From contig JANPMI010000223.1 in the NCBI GenBank assembly GCA_031422725.1, forward strand, positions 973 through 64,972: DNA of 64,000 nucleotides, read 5' to 3'. This DNA comes from Chitinophagaceae bacterium. Lineage in GTDB: Bacteria; Bacteroidota; Bacteroidia; Chitinophagales; Chitinophagaceae. The notes under the pieces were generated by a model, which made no database searches, had not been told where the DNA came from, and worked only from the letters and a program-made list of their open reading frames with translations. Positions 56,410 to 64,000 of the stretch are shown here, piece after piece (the first letter of the stretch is position 1; each line of letters opens with the position of its first letter). Made by a program: the position numbers and the translations under genes.

Positions 56410-56634
56410 ATGAAAAGGTGGGTATTGATGATGTATTTTTTTATCTTTTTTTATCTTTTATCTTTTCAATATTCAGCAGCACAATGTTCTATCTGCACCA
56501 AGACCGCCCAGCAATTGGGCGAAAAACCGGCCAAAGGAATGAATTCGGGTATTCTTTACCTTGCCTTTGCTCCCTTTGCTATAGTGGGATATATTGGCTA
56601 CAGATGGTGGAGGAATAATAATAAACAGGCCTGA
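56410..56634 (+). CDS. small membrane protein with a CxxC motif
   Basis: Signal-like MKRWVLMMYFFIFFYLLSFQYSAAQ, then CSIC, then TM ILYLAFAPFAIVGYIGY and the basic tail RWWRNNNK. Confidence 0.45.
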   Translation: MKRWVLMMYFFIFFYLLSFQYSAAQCSICTKTAQQLGEKPAKGMNSGILYLAFAPFAIVGYIGYRWWRNNNKQA

Positions 56635-56702
56635 TACCAGTCGGTAATAATTGACACTAGCTTCCCTTAATTTCTTACCTTAACCAGCTAAACTAATTTG
56701 CT

Positions 56703-59126
56703 ATGCGAGAGCTGTTACTGCTTTTTATTTTATTACCGGTTTATTTAGCTGCTCAAAAACTTCCTTCCATTGAGGACAAAACCAAAGACCTGAAAAAGTA
56801 TGAAGGGCTTCTAAATTTTTACTGGGATGAAAATGCCGGTAAAATATGGCTGGAAGCAGATAAGCTGGATACGGAACTGCTTTATGTGATTTCTTTACCT
56901 GCAGCATTAGGCTCCAATGATGTTGGATTAGACAGGGGTTTGTTATTACCAGGCGGCGGCCGTATTGTAAAGTTTATAAAAGTGGGCAGAAAAATCCTGT
57001 TAGTACAACCTAATTACAATTACAGGGCTATTACCAATGATGTGGCAGAGAAAAGGGCAGTAGAACAATCTTTTGCCCAATCAACCTTGTGGGGTTTTAC
57101 GGCAGAAGCAGAAACAGGTAATCATTACCTGGTGGACGCCACTGATTTTTTATTGCGGGATGCCATGCAGGTTTCCAATCGCCTTCGCTCTGCTCAGCAG
57201 GGAATTTATACATTAGATAAATCAAGGTCTGCTATTTATTTGCCCCGTACCAAAAATTTTCCATTAAATACAGAATTTGAAACTACTGTAACATTTACAA
57301 ACAGTGATGGGGTTACCGGAAACTTTCTAAACTCGGTGACACCATCTGCCGAGGCAATCACCTTGCGGATGCATCATTCATTTGTACAATTACCGGACAA
57401 TAATTATAAGCCGAGGGTATTTGATCCAAGAAGCAGTTTTATGCCTGTATCTTTTTATGATTACAGTACACCGGTTGCAGAACCAATTGAAAAATTCTTT
57501 ATAAAACGCCATCGCTTAGAGAAAAAAGACCCGACTGCTGCCATTAGCGAAGCGGTGAAACCAATTATTTATTATCTGGATAATGGAACACCGGAACCGA
57601 TACGTAGTGCATTACTGGAAGGAGCAGGCTGGTGGAACCAGGCTTTTGAAGCAGCCGGATATAAAAATGCTTTCCAGGTAAAACTATTACCCGAAGATGC
57701 AGATCCCATGGATGTCCGTTATAATGTTATTAATTGGGTACACCGCTCCACCAGGGGTTGGAGTTATGGGGCATCAATCTCTGACCCACGAACCGGTGAA
57801 ATAATAAAAGGGCATGTGTCACTCGGTTCACTTCGTGTAAGGCATGATTATTTAATTGCACAAGGATTGCTGGCTCCATTTGAAAATGGGATGCCGGTAG
57901 ATGATAAAATGCTGAAGATGGCATTGGAAAGATTGAAACAATTATCTGCACATGAAGTAGGGCATACACTTGGATTGATGCATAACTATGCAGCCAGTGT
58001 AAGTAACCGGGCCAGTGTGATGGATTATCCGCATCCAACCGTTAAACTAAATACTGCCGGAGAAATTGATTTAAGTAATGTGTATGATAATAAAATAGGG
58101 GATTGGGATAAGATTTCTATTACATATGGCTACCAGGATTTTCCTGCTGGAATTAATGAACCAGTTGCCTTAAATAAAATCTTATCAGATGCGGAAAAAA
58201 GGGGATTACAGTTTATTTCCGACCGTGATGCCCTTGCTCCCGGCGGCCTTCATCCGCAAGCACACTTGTGGGATAATGGAAACAATGCCGTGAATGAATT
58301 AAGTGATGTAATGAAAGTCAGAGCAAAAGCTTTGTCAACTTTCAGTGAAAAAAATATCCGCCCCGGTATGCCAATGGCTATGCTGGAAGATGTGCTGGTG
58401 CCGGTTTATTTTTACCATCGTTACCAGATAGAAGCAGTAACAAAATTGGTGGGTGGCATGTATTACACTTATGCATTGCGGGGCGACGGGCAACCTGTCA
58501 CCAGGGCTTTATCAAAAGAAGAACAGCGAAAAGCTTTGAATGTAATCATTGACTGTTTGGACCCGAAATTTTTACAACTCCCCGATAGAATTGTGCAACT
58601 GATTCCGCCACGGCCTGCAGGATATAATTTTTCAAGAGAACTGTTCCGCAAAAGAACCGGGTTGGCATTTGATGCACTATCACCCGCCGAAACAGCTGCC
58701 GACCTTCCTCTCTCTTTTTTATTTAATGCTGAACGATTGAACCGTATGGTGCAATATGAAGCGGCAAATAATGGGTTGGGGGTTACAGAAATGATTAATA
58801 CATTGATAACAAAAACATGGAAAGCCCCACGGTTACCGGGAATGGAAAAACTGATTCAATTACAAACAGAACAAGTGTTGCTGACTTACCTTTTATCAGC
58901 AAGTGTTAATGACAACAATTCTTTTGCTGTAAAATCGAATTTAAAAAAAGTGCTAACTGATTTAAATACATTTATTGAAATACAAAACAAAACTGCAACC
59001 GACGAAACTTACAAAGGACACTTACAACTGGCATTGGAAAGAATGAAAGATCCGGAGAAGGCCAAGCCCACAATACATAAAGAAATTCCTCCGGGAGCAC
59101 CTATTGGATGTGATTGGGATGAGTAA
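56703..59126 (+). CDS. secreted zinc-dependent metalloprotease (zincin HExxH)
   Basis: Signal peptide and HEVGHTLGLMHN zinc site in an 807-aa protein. Confidence 0.85.
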   Translation: MRELLLLFILLPVYLAAQKLPSIEDKTKDLKKYEGLLNFYWDENAGKIWLEADKLDTELLYVISLPAALGSNDVGLDRGLLLPGGGRIVKFIKVGRKILLVQPNYNYRAITNDVAEKRAVEQSFAQSTLWGFTAEAETGNHYLVDATDFLLRDAMQVSNRLRSAQQGIYTLDKSRSAIYLPRTKNFPLNTEFETTVTFTNSDGVTGNFLNSVTPSAEAITLRMHHSFVQLPDNNYKPRVFDPRSSFMPVSFYDYSTPVAEPIEKFFIKRHRLEKKDPTAAISEAVKPIIYYLDNGTPEPIRSALLEGAGWWNQAFEAAGYKNAFQVKLLPEDADPMDVRYNVINWVHRSTRGWSYGASISDPRTGEIIKGHVSLGSLRVRHDYLIAQGLLAPFENGMPVDDKMLKMALERLKQLSAHEVGHTLGLMHNYAASVSNRASVMDYPHPTVKLNTAGEIDLSNVYDNKIGDWDKISITYGYQDFPAGINEPVALNKILSDAEKRGLQFISDRDALAPGGLHPQAHLWDNGNNAVNELSDVMKVRAKALSTFSEKNIRPGMPMAMLEDVLVPVYFYHRYQIEAVTKLVGGMYYTYALRGDGQPVTRALSKEEQRKALNVIIDCLDPKFLQLPDRIVQLIPPRPAGYNFSRELFRKRTGLAFDALSPAETAADLPLSFLFNAERLNRMVQYEAANNGLGVTEMINTLITKTWKAPRLPGMEKLIQLQTEQVLLTYLLSASVNDNNSFAVKSNLKKVLTDLNTFIEIQNKTATDETYKGHLQLALERMKDPEKAKPTIHKEIPPGAPIGCDWDE

Positions 59127-59133
59127 ATAGGAA

Positions 59134-61035
59134 TTACCGGATAACAAGTTTCTGAACCGCTTCGTTAACCCGCAGGAAATAAATGCCGGCAGGTAAGTGT
59201 GGTAAATCTATTGTCGCCGGACTGTTTAAAAGATTTTTTTGAAAAATAATCTTACCGGACAGATCCAGCAATTTCAGGCTGGCGGGATAATTAAAATTTC
59301 CGGTTATAAATATTTTGTTTGTAGCAGGATTGGGATAAATACTAAACTCATTATACTTTCCTGTTGTCACCTGTCGTACAGGGGAGTAAGACAGCGTATT
59401 ATTTTTTTCAATAAACTTTATCCGGTAATAAATCCTCCCAGCCGGTGGGTTTTCATCAATAGTTGAATAATTGCGGCTTTGATCATTACCGGGGATGGTT
59501 TTTAACTCCATCCATTGATTGGGAACGTCGGATCTTTCTACGATAAATCGTTTTACATCTGCAGGGTTATCAATTTCCCATTCTAATAAAACTTTTTTAG
59601 CGATATAAGAGGCACTGAATGAAATCAGTTTTACAGGAAGCAGCAACAGGCAATAGCCTGCCGGATCGGTTGACCTGGAAAAAGTGTAATTGGAAATAAT
59701 TTGCCCGCTGCTACCAACTCCGGCCGCTTGGGCTGGAGCACATGTTCCGTCTCTGCCACTTTCAACGCCAGCCAAACCTCCGTTTGCTGTAACGGTTATT
59801 GCCGGAATAGAACTTGTAAAGTATACAGCACCTCCGCTTCCACCACCAGCACCACCATAACAACGGCCAATAGTGCCACCGTCTGCGGAATTCCCTCCAT
59901 TACCACCATTTGTCCTGATGGTAGCATTGCCGGTATAATTTGTTACATGCATAATAATTGTACCGCCTGCACCACCGCCCCCTGCACCATCTGACTGAGA
60001 ATCTCCGCCACTGCCACCATTTGCCGAAATCAATTCATTATTCCCGATAAGATTATTAGCCCATATAAAAACTATTCCACCCCCATTACCTCCATGAACA
60101 GAGGAAAATCCATTGTTGGAATGTCCGGCACCACCCCCGCCACCGGAGAATATTTTTGTTCCTGACCATGTACCCAAGGCTTTTCCACCAAGGCCACGAA
60201 GTGTAGTGCTGCATCCCATAGAACTGGAATTGCCGCCACCAATGCCTCCTGCTGTTAAGTTTGCTCCACCACCGCCACTGTTATTGTGGTTATTACCACC
60301 TCCACCTCCATTTGCAGGGGCACCCCGCCCCCCTGTTTGTGATGTTGCCAGTGTAACAACACCTTCACCTTTGTATGCCCCGTTTTGAGGCGAGGTGGAT
60401 GTAGCCGTATATGCATAATTTGAAGCTGGAACAACATTGCTGCAGGCGGAAGAACTAAGCAGATAGCTACCTCCGCTATATCCGCTAGTGTCTGCCCATA
60501 CGGGTTTTGTAAGAGTAATATCCTGATCGGCAAAAATGGCGATTATTCCACCCGTACCTGCCGCACTATCCCAGGACAATGCTTTTACTGTATCAACAAC
60601 ATCAGCAGAAGTATATTCGGCAAACTGTACCAATTGCACTTTGCCGGTGGAAGTATTATAGGTGTTTAATAAATTATGGAAAAGAAAAACAGAATCGCCG
60701 ATTATATAACAGACGGTTCCGATTTCATAATTACCGGCTTCGTTTAATGAAGTAGTATCTCCAAATGTGGCAATATTTGTAGTAATGATTGAAGCCCCTT
60801 TCATTTGCACCAGCATCACCCTGGTGTTTACATTAACCGCAGCAACATTGGTAACACGGACACAGGCTTTGGCAGGAATTATTTCAACTACTTTATGATA
60901 AGTGTTGACAATGCCACTTATATTAGTGGTTTGACAGTAAAGGGAAAATGAAAAAAATACACTAAAAAGAATAACACCTGTAATCCTTTTGAAAACGGCA
61001 GGGATCAATTTGCAGTACTGGTAAATCTTTTCCAT
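59134..61035 (-). CDS. glycine-rich beta-helix-like secreted protein with a T9SS C-terminal sorting domain
   Basis: Long GGxGG/NGGxGG tracts and C-terminal FSIYPNPATNKIFI...GIYFLRV...KLVIR, typical of a type A T9SS CTD. The ATG at 61035 is preferred over the TTG at 61047. Confidence 0.8.
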   Translation of the reverse strand: MEKIYQYCKLIPAVFKRITGVILFSVFFSFSLYCQTTNISGIVNTYHKVVEIIPAKACVRVTNVAAVNVNTRVMLVQMKGASIITTNIATFGDTTSLNEAGNYEIGTVCYIIGDSVFLFHNLLNTYNTSTGKVQLVQFAEYTSADVVDTVKALSWDSAAGTGGIIAIFADQDITLTKPVWADTSGYSGGSYLLSSSACSNVVPASNYAYTATSTSPQNGAYKGEGVVTLATSQTGGRGAPANGGGGGNNHNNSGGGGANLTAGGIGGGNSSSMGCSTTLRGLGGKALGTWSGTKIFSGGGGGAGHSNNGFSSVHGGNGGGIVFIWANNLIGNNELISANGGSGGDSQSDGAGGGGAGGTIIMHVTNYTGNATIRTNGGNGGNSADGGTIGRCYGGAGGGSGGAVYFTSSIPAITVTANGGLAGVESGRDGTCAPAQAAGVGSSGQIISNYTFSRSTDPAGYCLLLLPVKLISFSASYIAKKVLLEWEIDNPADVKRFIVERSDVPNQWMELKTIPGNDQSRNYSTIDENPPAGRIYYRIKFIEKNNTLSYSPVRQVTTGKYNEFSIYPNPATNKIFITGNFNYPASLKLLDLSGKIIFQKNLLNSPATIDLPHLPAGIYFLRVNEAVQKLVIR

Positions 61036-61128
61036 CACACCCGACAAATTAGTAAGATTTTCTTGACGGGAGAATAAGTAAAATCCACAGCCCTTAATAA
61101 CTTATGTAGTGTAGTAATTACTAAGTGG

Positions 61129-61413
61129 CTATTGTGTATTTTCCTTGAGTGAATTATGTGTGCCATCACAAAATGGTGGTATCCTTGTCTGCTTGCACTG
61201 GCAAAACCACACTTCTTCTGCTTTATCAAACATCACTTTCACACTCCGGAACGGAATACCTTCTATCTTTTTATGACTATTGTCGCAAAAAGGTTCTTTT
61301 TCACTGAGGCCGCAACTGCACCAGGAATAAACCTTACCTGGCTCAACCAGTATTCCTGCCGGTTCGCATATTGCAATTTGGGGAAGCCCTTCATTGGGAA
61401 TTAGTTCCATCAT
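61129..61413 (-). CDS. CDGSH iron-sulfur domain protein (two CDGSH motifs)
   Basis: CSCGLSEKEPFCDNSH and CQCKQTRIPPFCDGTH. Confidence 0.8.
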   Translation of the reverse strand: MMELIPNEGLPQIAICEPAGILVEPGKVYSWCSCGLSEKEPFCDNSHKKIEGIPFRSVKVMFDKAEEVWFCQCKQTRIPPFCDGTHNSLKENTQ

Positions 61414-61416
61414 AAA

Positions 61417-62313
61417 TTATTTATCAATAATAAATTTATACAGGTTGAAATCACCTTGCTGGTAAGCGGCTTCAATTTCTTTCTTTAATGCCAGTTTGTT
61501 AACACCCTTCATTCTTTTTTGTTCAATAAGATAATAAGCTCTTTCTGCCAGTAACCAGAATGTTTTATCATTCAGGTGTGCTTTTTGCAACTGGTGTAAA
61601 ATAATATCAAGCAATTCTTTTATACCTTCTTTTTGAGATGCCACCGTTTTTACTACCGGTACTTCATTGTAATGTTTGCTGAAAGTAGGTGCCAGCATCA
61701 GCCGGAGATTTTTTACAAAGACATCTGCATCGGGCCGGTCAGCTTTATTAACAACAAAGACATCTGCAATTTCCATCAGCCCGGCTTTCATTGTTTGCAC
61801 TTCGTCACCTGCTTCGGGAACCACCACCACCACCGTTACATCAGCCAGTCCTGCAATTTCAATTTCACTTTGCCCTACCCCAACAGTTTCAACAATAATA
61901 TGATCAAACCCAAAAGCTTTAAGCAAGTCAGTAATCTCTATAATTTTCGGATGGAGTCCTCCCATGGAGCCCCTGGTAGCTAAAGAACGGATGAATACAT
62001 TGGGGTGAGTGTACCAGTCGCTCATCCTGATCCTGTCACCCAGCACAGCACCAAGATTGAATGGGGAAGAAGGATCAACACAGAGTACCGCTACTTTTTT
62101 TCTATCATTCACCAACAGGGCAATGAGTGAATCTGCCAGGGTACTCTTGCCTGCACCAGGCGGCCCCGTGATGCCAATAATTTTTGCTGATGCAGGAGGA
62201 ATTGATTGCAACAGCATTTCATAACCCGGTTGTTCATTCTCTATCAGCGAAATACTTCTTGCCAATGCTTTTACATCACCCTGCTGCATTTGTTGTAATA
62301 ATTGCTGCCACAT
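61417..62313 (-). CDS. meaB: methylmalonyl-CoA mutase-associated G3E GTPase (MeaB/ArgK)
   Basis: P-loop GPPGAGKST, ETVGVGQSE, NKAD. Confidence 0.85.
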   Translation of the reverse strand: MWQQLLQQMQQGDVKALARSISLIENEQPGYEMLLQSIPPASAKIIGITGPPGAGKSTLADSLIALLVNDRKKVAVLCVDPSSPFNLGAVLGDRIRMSDWYTHPNVFIRSLATRGSMGGLHPKIIEITDLLKAFGFDHIIVETVGVGQSEIEIAGLADVTVVVVVPEAGDEVQTMKAGLMEIADVFVVNKADRPDADVFVKNLRLMLAPTFSKHYNEVPVVKTVASQKEGIKELLDIILHQLQKAHLNDKTFWLLAERAYYLIEQKRMKGVNKLALKKEIEAAYQQGDFNLYKFIIDK

Positions 62314-62606
62314 AAAAAAAAATGAAATTGTATGTTTACGGGAACAAATTGCCCTATCCCTTATGGAACGGGGCTGAGGTACAAAAGTATGCTGAACAAG
62401 TTACAGAACGGATGGAGAAACCCTGTCATTTTTCTTTTACTGTTATTATTATTACAGCTTTATTTGTTAGAGGTTCCGAAGTACAGTTTGGTATTTTCAT
62501 TTATTCCTTCCTTATTTTATAATGGTGGAAATGGAATATTAAGCCAAATAATGAAGAGAGTTCAAATGTTAATCTATCCGCCGAAAAGGTGTAATCTTTG
62601 CAGGGT

Positions 62607-63368
62607 ATGCAATCATTATCAATAGTAATAGTTTGTAAAAATGAGGCTCCTGTTATCGGCCGGATGCTGCAAAGCTTGCAGGGACTTACGGATGATATTG
62701 TTATATATGATAATGGCAGTACTGACGGTACACTGGAAATAGTGGGGCAATATGGAGTGGCACTGCATCAGGGCCGCTGGGAAGGTTATGGAACAACAAA
62801 ACAAAAAAGCACTTCCCTGGCAAAGTATGATTGGGTGTTGTCGCTGGATGCTGATGAGATAATGGATGAAGAGCTGAAGCAATCGTTGCTAAACCTTCGG
62901 CTAACAGATGAAAAAATAGTATATGGGCTGCTGCGAAAAAATTTTATAGGCGACAGGCATTTGAAATACGGTGAATGGGGGTATGATTTACAAAACCGCC
63001 TGTTTAACCGGAGAATGGTAAACTGGGATGATGCGGAAGTACATGAAACATTGGTTTTGCAACAAGGTATTGCGGTAAAAAGACTCAGTGGCTATGTGCT
63101 TCACCAAACAATGAAAGACATTGCTGATTATTCACAAAGAACTGTAAAGTATGCCATGCTGTGTGCTGAAAAATATTTCAGGAAAGGTAAAAAAGCAAGT
63201 TGGGTTAAAATAAGACTGGCACCCGGGTTTACTTTTTTCAAATTTTATTTTTTCCAGCTTGGTTTTCTCGATGGCCACTATGGATATGTGTGTGCCTGCA
63301 TGTCTGCCCATTACACTTTTCTGAAATATACATTGCTTAAAGAACTCTATCAGCAAAAAAAACAATGA
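62607..63368 (+). CDS. family 2 glycosyltransferase (LPS-core type)
   Basis: LSIVIVCKNEAPVIGRML, DNGSTDGT, LSLDADE. The ATG at 62607 is preferred over the TTG at 62598. Confidence 0.8.
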   Translation: MQSLSIVIVCKNEAPVIGRMLQSLQGLTDDIVIYDNGSTDGTLEIVGQYGVALHQGRWEGYGTTKQKSTSLAKYDWVLSLDADEIMDEELKQSLLNLRLTDEKIVYGLLRKNFIGDRHLKYGEWGYDLQNRLFNRRMVNWDDAEVHETLVLQQGIAVKRLSGYVLHQTMKDIADYSQRTVKYAMLCAEKYFRKGKKASWVKIRLAPGFTFFKFYFFQLGFLDGHYGYVCACMSAHYTFLKYTLLKELYQQKKQ

Positions 63369-64000
63369 CGATGGACCCTGCCATAGCCAGGCTGCTGGAA
63401 AGTTATTTTGATAAAATATTTGTTGTTTCAATAGAAAGAGCAAAGGACCGTCATATCCGGGTTAGCAAACAACTGGAAGGACTGACATTTGAGTTTTTTT
63501 GGGGTACTGATAAGCAGGAATTAGATTGGGAAAAAATTAAAACAGACAATGGGGTGTATGATGATGCAAAAGCAAAAAAGAATAACCGGTATAGCAAGGG
63601 ATTAAATCCGGGAGAAGTGGCTTGTGCACTATCGCATCGCAGGTTGTATGAGCATATTGTAGAAAAAGGATATAAACGGGTGCTGGTATTTGAAGATGAT
63701 GTATTACCTGTATCGGAAAATCTATCTCAGTTGCCTGCCACTCTTGCTGAGCTTCCACCTGATTGGGGTCTGGTTTATCTGGGCTATACCAAGCATGAAA
63801 AAGTAACGCCGGCACTGAAACGCAAACAGGCTTTTTACAGGGTTATCAGCCCGTTGCGGTTGATAAAATGGAACAGCACTATGATTAAAAACCTGTTGCC
63901 GGTACTTTATTCCAGGCATTTGAAAAAAGCAGGCTATCATGATTGCACCCATGCTTATGCTGTTACGGTTCAAACAGCAACTGCCCTTATTTCAAAACAA
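63365..64000 (+). CDS. family 25 glycosyltransferase (LPS/LOS biosynthesis), 3'-truncated by the window edge
   Basis: Open frame from the ATG at 63365 (ATGA overlap with the previous stop) to the window end. FVVSIERAKDRH, GEVACALSHRRLYEHI, VLVFEDDV. Not in the ORF track because no stop is reached. Confidence 0.7.
   Translation, partial: MTMDPAIARLLESYFDKIFVVSIERAKDRHIRVSKQLEGLTFEFFWGTDKQELDWEKIKTDNGVYDDAKAKKNNRYSKGLNPGEVACALSHRRLYEHIVEKGYKRVLVFEDDVLPVSENLSQLPATLAELPPDWGLVYLGYTKHEKVTPALKRKQAFYRVISPLRLIKWNSTMIKNLLPVLYSRHLKKAGYHDCTHAYAVTVQTATALISKQ

Noticed and set aside
59701-60388. Plus-strand Pro/Thr-rich ORFs (97 and 91 aa) opposite the T9SS protein gene
   Set aside because: They are the antisense reading of GGN-rich glycine codons and have no independent support.
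62322-62625. Two overlapping small ORFs in the meaB-GT2 spacer
   Set aside because: They are low-complexity, mutually overlapping and have no motif. The region is more likely promoter DNA for the glycosyltransferase operon.
1-64000. Mobile elements or defence islands (transposase, integrase, reverse transcriptase, Cas, restriction-modification, toxin-antitoxin, phage genes)
   Set aside because: None of the ORFs shows the corresponding catalytic motifs. Gene content and packing look like core chromosome.

Overview
This is a 64-kb core-chromosome segment of about 40% GC. I infer it comes from a Bacteroidota genome, probably Chitinophagaceae or Sphingobacteriia. The supporting marks are a hybrid two-component regulator with an AraC tail, a T9SS C-terminal sorting domain, several TTG-N19-21-TAnnTTTG promoter matches, and no Shine-Dalgarno dependence. 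The centre of the window (9.0-25.7 kb) is a complete respiratory supercluster. It holds alternative complex III (actABCDEF), an aa3-type cytochrome c oxidase (subunits II, I, two III-like, IV), heme O synthase, an SCO copper chaperone and a DUF420 assembly factor. The rest is mostly housekeeping and envelope genes: purN, trmB, rnhB, tsaC, typA, meaB, korB, a fabH-like gene, ctaA, an amidase, glycosyltransferases, an M19 dipeptidase, a patatin-like lipase, a zinc metalloprotease and a stress-protein cluster. I found no transposase, integrase, CRISPR-Cas, restriction-modification or toxin-antitoxin genes, and no convincing multi-gene novel protein system. The most unusual feature is an unannotated RNA of about 180 nt at 28247-28430 on the minus strand. 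It has its own promoter match and terminator, and a tRNA-Ala/tmRNA-like acceptor plus T-arm frame. A 113-nt pseudoknot-capable insert sits where the anticodon loop should be. Other oddities are a perfect palindromic element inserted in-frame in the dipeptidase gene, tandem 70-bp double-hairpin repeats, an in-frame TAG just upstream of the heme O synthase ORF, and heptamer/octamer microrepeat tracts at operon junctions. The ORF track translates TTG and GTG starts as M, so I moved several starts to internal ATG or GTG codons.
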